DNA of 56,364 nucleotides, counting the filler, from Jimgerdemannia flammicorona (Eukaryota), in assembly GCA_003990765.1 (NCBI GenBank). It is 2 parts of 2 records of this genome, joined end to end, with 100 filler letters (N's around TTAATTAATTAA, not from the genome) between each part and the next. Parts side by side here need not be neighbours in the genome. Positions count along the whole stretch, not along the records: positions 1 to 28,136 come from RBNJ01000582.1; 1 more part is not named here. One strand, given 5' to 3'. Under the pieces are notes generated by a model. That model saw only the letters and a list, made by a program, of their open reading frames with translations, ran no database searches and was not told where the DNA came from. Below, in pieces: positions 1 through 10,973 of this stretch. The position numbers and the translations under genes are program-made. Numbering within the stretch: the stretch's first letter is position 1; each line of letters opens with the position of its first letter.

Positions 1-333
1 ATTATATAAAAAATTATTGGTAAATTTTTTTTTAAAAGCTATTATGATTTTAAAAGTTATAAACTTTTAAAATCTTGCCTCTAAATATAGGTGCAAAACA
101 GTCAAAGGGATATGACGTCACACTCCAACATGTGTGCCAAGTTTGTTGGGGTAAACAGATTGGAAGAGAGGAGAAAAATCAGCCACGACCAGAATCATTC
201 AGATGAGGTTTCGGGCACTAGTTAGTTTTGTCATATATGTTAATACTGATTTATTATTATTATTTATTTATTGAGTTCGGTCCTCTAGATAAGCTGAACA
301 ATTTTTAGAAATAACAGCAGAGGGGTAGTAATC

Positions 334-364
<31 letters not shown>

Positions 365-747
365 GGAATATGTTCTAATAATAAAGCACAGCCTGCTAGA
401 GAAGAGGACAGCGAATGCAGCAAGTTGCTTTGGAGCCTGATGGACATATCTCCAACATCGAAAGTAGGCCCGAACGCCTCACGGGCATTAATATAGCCCA
501 TACGATGTGCCCTGTCCGATTTCTTCTCCGCCAGAAGACTGAGCAGAAGTGATCGCGAGCAGATACAGGCCTGTAATTACTTTACGAAAAAAACAATAGT
601 TTATATCGAAATACTGTGTTGAATTTATATGTCTATATAACCATTTCACAAGGGTTTCTCATAGTCAAAAATAATTACTATATCATCATGTGATTAATGA
701 ATGTTTATATAAATGAACGCAACATATCCTGCGACCAACACGGATAA

Positions 748-1219
748 TCACACCTCCCTGTACGTTATCTGCTGTTCAGATTTAACCACTACTGTCTCTC
801 CCGGGGCCGGCACTGGATTATAGGCTGGCGATGAGATCGCCGGTGTTCCGTTAACAACAGTTGAGGTAGGCGGAGCCTGGACAACGACGGTCTGGAGCTG
901 GACGGTCTGCGGGCTCGCAACAGCGCGTGCGCCGCGGCAGCAGCACCAGATAAGGAGAAAGGTGATGCTGAATATGGGGAGCGGTATGAACCAGGTCACC
1001 TGGGTATCGCGTTTTACAAGGGTGTGCCGACTGGTAATTGATGAATAGGAAGTTAGGCGTATGGGACGGTTATGAGGGACAAGAGATGGCTTGGGGATGG
1101 AGATTAATCTACCTGTTGTCTGTGGTCGTTTGGGCGAGGGCTGGTTCAACCAAAAGAGCCAACATGACAATCAAGAGGATTGGCATCCATGGGAGGATAG
1201 AGTGAACGGAGTGCTTCAT
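748..1219 (-). CDS. Two-exon gene, 129-aa protein: signal peptide, KR site, one TM helix, CCC motif, Pro/Val/Gln-rich tail
   Basis: Exon 1 1219-1113 (MKHSVHSILPWMPILLIVMLALLVEPALA-QTTTDN); 82-nt intron 1112-1031 with CAG|GTAGAT donor, CCTAAC branch site and TTACCAG acceptor; exon 2 1030-748 in phase (SRHTLVKRDTQVTWFIPLPIFSITFLLIWCCCRG...YREV*). Total 390 nt. Replaces the N-terminus of track ORF 748..1170. Confidence 0.85.
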
Positions 1220-3391
1220 GATATTATCGATTGATGTGGTTGGACTGTTTGCGGCCGAGGATATCGTCAGGCGTATTCGTTTGCGAGGGTCCTAGCTTGC
1301 GGGTAGTGTTTATGGGGCTAACAGCTTGCGTGTGAGAGCCAAGAAGGTTGTAAAGAAAAGGCTCGAGAAAAAAAAAAACACATTTTATATACCGCCTATT
1401 CACGGCACCGAATTGCGTAGTCGGCGTGTCCTTACACCAAACACCTTCATCGAAACGACGAGGGAGGACAAACAAGAACGTCGTGTTCGTGACCAGATTA
1501 AATAATATATGCCAAATAAATTACCTAATTTACAATATTGTGCTTAATCCAATAATAAACTCCTAGGAGATGAGTATTACCTTCAATGCTGGGTACGCCG
1601 ACGACTTGTTGCCATAAAGGACCTCCAGGGGTTAGAAACAGGCTACCTTTCTCACGGCGGAATTAAAGACTCCACACCCCCTGGTATACACGCAGGTGAT
1701 GCATCCGAATCTACGGTTCTAGAAAGGTTACAATTCCAAAATAAAATGCTTGCATTTATTGGATGGTGTGCCGAGTTGATATGCTTGTATGGAATTCCGT
1801 TTGCCTCCTAAAAAAAGCGCAGCTGAGCACATGGCATTAGAAACACCTTACCAGGAGGTATTCGGTGATAATAAAGCGCATACACTAGTTCGGAATTTTG
1901 ACGGCAATGAGATGCAGCAGTATCCCCAATGATAATTGTGATACTTGATCTTCAAAAAGGTCACCGCCGTGGCACAGCATGTCACGCCTCCATGGTGCAA
2001 TAAGCCGTTGGGAGAGGTGTGATCCATTCAATGCCACGTGCCATATTTCAAAAGTCACATTGCTGGAGTGCTGGAGTGACATCCGAACTCTCCGTAAGCT
2101 TTTCGTACTGTGTACCGGGAATGCAAACACATGAGCATGGTTCCTCTTCCCGAGCATGTGTATTGGGCACACATGCACCGAAACCCTGGCCATCATTGGG
2201 AGCACAAAATCATTGCACTGATAGGCGACCAAGCCCTCTCTCATCAACATACTCTCTAAAGCTGTATAAAACTACTCCATAAAATGATATCCAAACTGAG
2301 TAATTCAGTTCAACTGTTTGTTAATGATGCACATTGCTCACTGGCTGAAATAGAGGGAACTTCCTGGCCGAAGTCTACGGACAGAAACATGTTCTAATTG
2401 ACTCACTCGCTGCGGAATCTAGCCATTTTCACATTCGGGCTATCGTCCCTTTATTCACCGTGTCCCAATTGGATAATCGGTATTACTCTTCTTTCTCATT
2501 TGGGGCATTTCTCTCCCCCCTGTCGCGCGACGGCCACCATTTCTTCAAGCCGGACCCGCAACTCCCACACGCAGTCTTACCCCCAATCCTGTGTATCACT
2601 CAACAATGATCAGTACGCCGTGTCCATGTTCAACAAGCCCTTCGAACAACTTCCACATCCGGCAATGATTAATTTTCATCTTCCATGCAGTCACGCTTCT
2701 CCAACATTCTGGTAGAGATTTACTATTATTGTATAATCATCTAGATCTGCGCGTGTATGGTGTTTGATAGGCTCAACGTGGCAAATAAAATAAAGAGAGA
2801 ACTAGATGACAAGGAGTGTGTATCGAAAATAAATATAATATATAGTTGCAATCTTAGTTGAATTGATGGAGTGGAATTTTTTCTTTGTATTGCAGCCTGT
2901 ACGCTGTCGACCAATTAGGTCTATCATACCCCAATATAGTTAGCAAAGACCTCCAATGGAGGACAGCGGAGAGTTGTACGACATCCTTTACAACATCCAA
3001 TAACCTCCGTATGTAACCTTTACTGCGGTTCATTAAAAGCCATTAAAGCTCCGATAGGGTTTGAGCAAAGGACAGTTCAATATTCTCGGTACAAATTTCA
3101 AGGAGTGTTGCATCGATTTGTAGATCCAATCTATTGACGCAAGGCCTTTACCGGAGAACTGAATCGTCTCAAAGTAATGGTGAAAGACGCACCATTCCAT
3201 TAATTTACGCGTGCCAGGGTGACAATGTAATTCATTAGGAATGCGGAAGCGCTCTATAAATATTAATCATACCACAGGAGCTTGCCAAGGCATATCCGGA
3301 AACCAGGAAAACAATTAACATGGCGGACTTCAGAAAAATTAACCCCGTTATCGTGTACCCAAAATTGTATACTTAAATTTACACATGGATA

Positions 3392-3431
<40 letters not shown>

Positions 3432-3790
3432 GTTGGGTCGGCTTCTCAGAAAGGAGCATATTGAACTCCTCCCACCACTATCCCCACCACAAACACGCTG
3501 CCTTTCTTGTTAGAGAATGCATACGGTATAAACTTGATCGTCGCCTGCATTGTTGTCACATATAGCACACTTGTTTTATGTTGTTGCTAATTATTTGATG
3601 GAAGTTACCGAAACAGCCTGGAAAGCACACCAACTCACTCGCCTACTGTTGAAATATATTCTTCTCGATAGTGGTCTGACTTTCACTTGGCAATTAGTTT
3701 AGAAAGACTCAAAATCATTATAATTGTGTAATTGTCTTTTTCATCATATTTGAATAATATTATTGACAAGAAAATCACTGTTGATGCATA

Positions 3791-3815
3791 TAGTGCTCTC
3801 AATTAAAATTAAGAG
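3791..3815. mobile_element. Orphan left TIR of a hAT-family element at the edge of the repeat block
   Basis: TAGTGCTCTCAA matches the TIRs of the MITEs at 25155, 29949 and 35935; CpG disappears from about here. No TSD-matched right end found. Confidence 0.4.
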
Positions 3816-4802
3816 TTTTCTTGAGCAGATTTTATTTAGAATTTATCTTTGAATATATAATTATTTTTACTGAGTGATAATTTTATAAGTCATCTACCAG
3901 CTAAAGAGAGGAATATTTTATAAATTATAAATTTCAAAATTAAATATAATGGAAATATATCTAGTAGTCTATATTCTTATATAGATTAATTAAAATCTGT
4001 TGAGATGGCAACTTGATATATCAGTATGTGATTTTATACTATTCTATTAGTTTTATATCATTTATTAAGTAATATATATGTATCTATGCAAGTTCAATAA
4101 AAATTGCAACTCTTTTATTATAAAGATTATAAGTCTTAGTAGTGCTAAGTGGCTATAATATCTCTAATATGCTATACTATATATACTATATTACAATGAG
4201 TTATAATCAGTCTAATAATATAGATATACTAATTATGAGTATTCTGGTAATAATAAAAGTAGCCTCAATTATAACCACAGATATATATAACTGATATAGA
4301 TATAGGAAATATAGTCTCAGTTATTAGCATAAATATAACTAAGAGATTTATTCTGATCTTTGATGAGAAAGATTATGTCATTTGAGTATTTTATATAATG
4401 AATCTTTTTGATTGGCAGAGTTTATAAAAAAAATAAATATATATTCAAAATTACAATACTGCAAATAATTGCTAAGCATTATAAAAGATCATATTTATAC
4501 TATTAAATTTCCAAACAAAGTTTATAATATATACTATAATAGCTTATAAGATATGAGAAATTCTATACAATTATTATATATATATAGATATCTATATTAA
4601 ATTAATTTTATTTAAAATCTCAATTATTTAACCTATAATATATAAAGTCTAAGAAGAGCATCTATAAATGTACTAGTTATATTAATGATCTAATAAATTA
4701 AGTAAATTCTCTCAGTATTTTTGTAAGGTTATTATACTTATAAAAGAACTCCTAGATATATATAATATAATAGTAGTAGTTATATATAAGAGCAAGAGAC
4801 TA

Positions 4803-5266
4803 TGTAATAATTTCACAGTCATATTTAGCCTTAGTATATTTTCACATCTTTTAGTTAGTCTTTTCTTATTATTTTTTGAACATTATACTATATTCTGACA
4901 TCTTCTACTTACTTGAAAATCTCTTATTGATGCCTAGATACTACTAGAACATTCTTGTCTTTTCTTAGCACTAAGCATCTTTTCTTAGCTAGTTATAGAA
5001 CCTTTTAGAATATTGTAAAATCATATTAGTCAGCTTTGCTGAGAATCTATTTCTTGATATTTCTCTTTCTTTTCAAGATCCTTCTGGATCTTTCTTTCAG
5101 ATCATATATAAATATCCTTATTCTTTGCTTGAATAAAGCTCAGAATATTTTCTCTCAGAAATCCTTTGAGAATACTTGATTCTTTAAGTATCTCTTTGAG
5201 CTACTTTAGGCTTGCTAGAACTTCCAGATTTAGCTGCTTTCTCTTAAAGAAACTAGAACTATTACA
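4803..5266 (+). repeat. Gypsy-1 5' LTR
   Basis: TGTAAT...ATTACA; direct repeat of 16345-16808. Confidence 0.93.
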
Positions 5267-5356
5267 CTTGGTAGCAATAGTATCATTATATTTTATCTTA
5301 TTAAGAAACCTTATACAAATCCAGAAACCAGTTACAACTAGTTATACAAATCTGAA

Positions 5357-6250
5357 ATGAACTATGAAGAGTCAGCCTATCAGCCAGATCTCTCTGCTAT
5401 AAGAGAAGCAGAAGAACCTCAAGTTAGCTTAAAGGATATGATCACCTCTATGGTCCACCAATCCAAGCACTTCAAGTCCAACTAGATCAGCAGAAAATAA
5501 GAACTATGAGTATATCACATTCTGCTATAATACTAGTCAGTTTCAAGCCACTCAAGCCAGATACCTTTAACAGTTACTAAGAAGGACTATCTACAGATAT
5601 ATGGATCTTTCAATTAGACCAATACTTTGAGCTTACAAGAATAAAAGAAGATATATAAGTCTAATTTGCCACTATACTTCTCTAAGAAAATATAGCTATT
5701 TAGTTGTATAATCACATTATGACTACATCTTCATACTCAAATATATAAATCAAAGATTGAGAAGTTTTCAAAAGAGCCCTTCACAAGTAGTTCAAGTCTG
5801 CTAATACTATCAAGCTAGCCAGAGACAAGCTAGTAAACATCAAGTAACTTAAGTCTGTGCAAAGTTATAATATATAATTCCTATTAATCTTACTTAAACC
5901 ACCAGTGATAGTTGAGGATGAAAAAATAGACTGCTATGTCCAAGGTCTAAAAGAAAACACACAAGTCAAGGTTGAGCTAGAAGAGCCACAAAGTCTTGAT
6001 GAAACTATGAGAATTGCTGATAGATTTAATATTATCACCTTTGGCAACTACTTTAAACCAGAATATCATAAGAAGAACTACTTTGAGAACTGTTACAGAA
6101 ATCAACCAAAGACAGTTGGTCCAGTATCAATGGATTTGGACACTATAAACAAAAAGAGCACCAAGCTACTCCTGAAGAAAAGGACCATCTGAAGAGATCT
6201 GGAACCTGTTTATTCTATTACCAAATAGGACATATTGTAACCAAATATTC
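5357..6250 (+). pseudogene. gag: Gypsy-1 gag with degenerate CCHC knuckle
   Basis: EDEKIDCYVQGLK, GPVSMDLD motif, degenerate C..(C).QIGHI..K(C) at about 6205-6250; many transition stops. Confidence 0.8.
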
Positions 6251-6329
6251 TAAGAAGACTAGTGAATCTTCTAAACTAGTCACTGTATTGTCCAAAGATA
6301 CATCTGTCAATCCTACTACTAGTCAATCT

Positions 6330-6728
6330 AAGCTCAAGATCAAGAAGCTTTATCTGAAGGCCCAGACCTCTCAATATTAAATAGAAAAAGTCATTGGTCT
6401 TAACCTATACTCTGTCAAATAAGTCATAATTCCAGCTAAGGGCCAAACTCTGGTATCTACTAGAATTGCAGTCCAATATCTTGGTCAGAATTACACCATA
6501 GTTAGGACTCAGTATCAAATATTATTTAGATATAGTTGCTAGAGTTATTGATCCAGACTTTTGAGGACAAGTTCAAGTTCTGCTTGTCAACCAGAAGGAT
6601 CAAAACTACACAGTCAAGGAAGGAGACCAAGTCATGTAAATTATCTTAGAAAAGCCAGTCAACCTATGATTACAGAAGTCCAAGAACTCTCTGAAACTAA
6701 ATGAGATCAAAAAGGTTTTGATAGCACT
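6330..6728 (+). pseudogene. dut: dUTPase domain between gag and protease
   Basis: All five motifs, degenerate: IGLNLYS (AGLDL), RITP*LGLS (RIAPRSGL), ARVIDPDF*GQV (GVIDxDYRG), KEGDQVM*II (GDRIAQ), ETK*DQKGFDST (RGxxGFGST). Confidence 0.9.
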
Positions 6729-6769
6729 AATCAAGCAGCAAGTCTTACTAAAAATCAAGCTCAAGCTAT

Positions 6770-8822
6770 ATTTATTTTCAAAGGTCTAGTCAAAGAAAAA
6801 GAAGTTCAAGTACTCATAGACAGTAGAGCTATAGAGAACTTCATCAATCAGAATCTCATTGAAAGCCTCAAGATCCTTACCAAGCCTATATCTAAGAATA
6901 ATAGTATAGTCACTGCAGATGGTATACTGCATCCCATTAAGTCAATTGCTACCAAACTATCCATCAAGATCCAGAAATATTGGGAATGAGTAGACCTTGA
7001 GATTGTACCACTAGGAGATCATGATCTGATCCTAAAAAAACCCTGGCTTATGAAACACAATCCAGATATTGATTGGTATAAAAATGAAGTCATCTTACTA
7101 AAAGATGGAGTCAACATTACTATCAAGATAGACAAGACTATGAGCAAGACTCAGATTGCAATACTGTCAGCTATACAGTATAAGAGAGCACTCAAGAAGA
7201 CAATATATGCCTTTGTTGCAATAGTCTATCTCAAGAAATAAGACCAGAAACTATCAGTCATGAAAGTGTCAAGTTATTGCTAGAAGAATTCAAGGATATC
7301 TTTTCAGATAAGCTACCTGATCTATTACCTACATAAGAAGTTAATTATGAAATTGAACTGATCCCAAGAGCTATACAACTTAAGAAATATATATACTATA
7401 TATCACTACTCAAAATTGAAGTAGTCAAGAAGAAACTAGAAGAACTACTTGCATGAGGAGCTATTTAGCCAAGTAAATCTCCTTATAGCTCACTAGTCTT
7501 ATTTGTTAAGAAGAAGGATGATATTCTATAAATGTATATAGACTACTGTACACTCAATAAGCTCATTGTTAAGAACTATTATCTGCTACCCTTGATTGAT
7601 CAAATCTTTGATACTCTTAAGAATGTCAAGTACTTCATTAAGTTGGACCTTATGTCAGGATATCATCAGATCCAAATCAAGCTAGAAGATATCTCCAAGA
7701 CTGTGTTCATAACCCCCTCTTAGTATTTGGTCTTACTAATGTATCTACTACATTTCAGATATTGATGAATAAGATATTCAAGAATCAACTATTTATTTTT
7801 TTGTTGGTATATCTTAGCAACATCCTGATCTTTAGTGCAACTAAAGAAGAATACCTTGAACATATTTGAATAATTCTAGAGATCTTGTGAAAACACAAGC
7901 TTTATGCCAAGCTCAAGAAGAGTGAGTTCTTTAAGGAACAAGTTGAATATTTTGGCCACATTATCTCTGTATAAAGAATTCAAGTAGACCTATATAAGAT
8001 AGAGGTAATTCAAGAATAGCCTATTCTATCAAATCTTACAGAACTCTGATCCTTCCTTGATCTAGCTAGCTACTACTATCACATTGTCAGAAACTTCTCT
8101 AGCATTACCAAGCCACTGATTAATCTCATAAGAAAGGCTCTGCACTCAGATCACTATATACTCTATATCTGGGACCTCTTCTATCAATAAGTTTTCCAAG
8201 AACTCAAGAATTGCCTGATCTACATACTAGTTCTGTATAATGTAGATCAAAGCCTAAAATTTACAGTCACTACTAATGTGTTGAATTTTGTCATTAGAGC
8301 AGTCCTATTACAAGATGATAGCAAAGGACATTATCTTATTACTTTTGAGTCCCATAAGTTGGCCCCAGCTGAATAAAAGCTAGCTACTCATAAGAAGGAA
8401 CTACTGGTAATAATATATATATTAGACTACTGACAATACTATCTTGAAGGCATTGAATTTGATATCATTACTGATCATCAATCCCTCAAGTATATCAATA
8501 TCCAACCTACTCTGTCATATTTATAAACTAAGTGGAGCCTCAAGCTTCAAACCTTCAACCTGATAATTATCTATAAGCCTGGTAAGACACTCATAGTACC
8601 AGATGCTTATCAAGATACTCAGATCTCACTATAATTATACAAGTTATCTTGATATCAGAATTTCTAGACCAAATCAGATAAGCTTATAAAGAAGATATAA
8701 TTATTACTAAAGTTTTCTCAAATAAGCTCAAGGATATATATATTATTGAGAACAATCTGATCTATCATTAAAACTATGTTTATCTATCTGAAAACATGAA
8801 CCTATATTATAAGATTTGCAAG
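6770..8822 (+). pseudogene. pol: Gypsy-1 pol 5' part: aspartic protease, RT, RNase H
   Basis: VQVLIDSRAIENFI (DSG), PWLMKHNPDIDW, MYIDYCTLNKL..KNYYLLPLID, KLDLMSGYHQI, KELL, DIITDHQSLKY. Confidence 0.92.
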
Positions 8823-8912
8823 CAGATTTCCATCTTTCTCCGGTAACATTCAGGTTACACAACCCTTTGGCAACACTTTCGATACAGTTTCTGGAGAAAA
8901 GCTACTAGTATC

Positions 8913-10942
8913 ATGGCGACTAACAAGCATCCAGAGGTGCATACTGGGCAGGGTGGCCCTGGAGCATTTGAATGGCAGCAAGTGGGGAGAGGCCCCGGCT
9001 TGGGGGGAAGTATGAGGGGCCTACTGGTGGGGGGCCGTAGTGGAAGAGGGGGTGGAGCTGGAGGTCAAGGGTCTGGCAGAGTGAGCTTTGCAGAGAAGAT
9101 GAAGGGGGGCCGGTAGGGAGCAGGACTGGAGAGCTGGCTGAGAGGGGGGAAGGTACCAGTGACAGCTTTCAGGCAGCAACCTCTTGGGGGTGCCTCTCTG
9201 GAGGGCCATAGGAGTGGAGCTGGGGGGATAGTGGCTGGGGCGAGGACTGCTGATGGGGGTGTGACAGGTGATCTGGAAAAAAATCTAGATGGGACTGCTG
9301 ATGGTGAGCCAAGCTGTGGGAAGGGCACAAGGCCCGGGGACCTGGCGGATGGTGTAATGGGACTGGCGGTGGCCCCGTTACTCAAAAAGTTGATCTCGGC
9401 ATTCGTAGTCACGCTGTGCTTCTGGGACTTAGCAGTGACGGCAAAAATGGTGTTGGGGCTTATCACTAAGCAGGTGGCGGGAGCAGCTTCGGTGAAGTTT
9501 CTGAAGGGACTGAAGGGAGTGGAGGTGGGATTTGAGGAGGTAGAACCACTGGAGGAGGCGCTGAAGGTTGGGTTAGTGGTTGGGGAGGTGTACATTCTGA
9601 TGGCGAGGTGTTTGAAATGGGATCCAAGGGTGGTCCAACTGCTGGTGAAAGAAGTACCCATGGTGACGGCGATGGAGACGAGGAAGAGAGTGGAGGATGT
9701 CATGGCAGAGTATGGAGAGGTGGTGGATATTGGATTCAGGGTCTGGGAAGGGACCACACTCAGGACTGGGAATGTGGATGTGAGGATTCGGCTGGCTGGG
9801 AAAGAGGCTACTGGGAAGACAAGGGACTGGCCTTCGGTGTTGGTCTGGGGGGCTTTCCTGTGCAAGGTGACGTGGGTGAAAGGAAGTGAAGAAGAGGAGG
9901 AAGATTTATTGGAAGCACTGGAGGAGCTGGATGGGGCTGTGGAATGGCAAGCTAAGGCCTGGAAGACTTTCGAGAAGTCAATGCTCCTGGAGGTGGTGGA
10001 TGGAAAGAGGATTCAAGTGGACAAGGTGCAGTGGGAAAGGGCTCAGGGGCGGAAGAGGCAGAAGGATTTGCTGGCTAAGCTGGGGGGTGGACCACAGAAA
10101 GATGTGAGCATGAAGACGGGTACAGAAGGGGCCGGAGTGAGTGTCTGGACTGGTGAGAGGAGTAGGAATGAAGGGGCAGGGTCAGGCAGGCTAAGGAGGT
10201 GCAGATTAGAGACCTATATGCTGATGGCACCTTGGAGATTTGGGACGACGGCTGGGAGAACTCCCCCACCCCTTCCCCTCTAATCAGGCGGGGCCTGGCT
10301 TCCAGGAACAAGCCTGGGGAGGACGTGACGATGCTGGGAACCCAGCAGGTGAAATTCAGCATTCCAGAGGTGTTGGATGGGGACCAAGTAGTGGTGGCAG
10401 GGGAGGAGGAACTGGTGGATGTCCCGGAGGTGTGAGATGAGGACGTGAGTGCAGGAGCGGACACCATGATGCTGGATGGAGGGAGGCCAGCGACCCCTGG
10501 TGGAAAGGAGGTGGGGAACCTACTTTGGATGTGCCAGATGATGAATAACCTGGTGGCAGAAGAGCTGGGGGAGGTGGACTTGCATGGGATGGGTGACGAG
10601 CACTAGACGAGAATTTTGCAGGGGGAAGGAGTGGCAATGGCGCTGAAGGTGGAAATTCTCGCGGTGTATCTAGAGGAGGAAGGGTATGAGGTGGATAAGG
10701 AGAGGGAGGCGGAGTTGGCGGTGGTCGCTGGGGAGAAGGCTGAGTACTGTTGGAACAGGCGTCATAGGTTGCAGCTTTGGCAGGAGGCTTGCATTGAGTA
10801 CCAAGAGGAGTTTGAGGAGAAGGCTGATAAGGAGATGAATGAGCTGTTGGCTGGACTGGAGGCTCAGAGGGCTGAAGAGGAGGAGGTGATGGCTGAACAT
10901 AATCTGGACACGGCACAGGAGGAGAGGGGCATGGAGCAGTAG
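8913..10942 (+). pseudogene. LINE-A ORF1 (RRM-like core, acidic helical C-terminus), disrupted
   Basis: Track ORFs 8913..9116, 9159..10283, 10199..10435, 10616..10942; YGEVVDIGFRVWEGTTLRTGNVDVRIRL conserved in LINE-C. Confidence 0.82.
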
Positions 10943-10973
10943 GGATTGATTGAGAACCAACCGTATTTTTATT

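Noticed and set aside
1224..2282. Track ORFs 1224..1475, 1885..2250 and 2019..2282
   Set aside because: Non-ATG starts, no motifs, overlapping on opposite strands; likely chance.
2626..3138. Possible three-exon plus-strand gene (about 2626-2711, 2896-3008, 3058-3138)
   Set aside because: GT-AG sites can be joined in frame, but the product has no recognisable features and branch sites are weak; needs RNA-seq.
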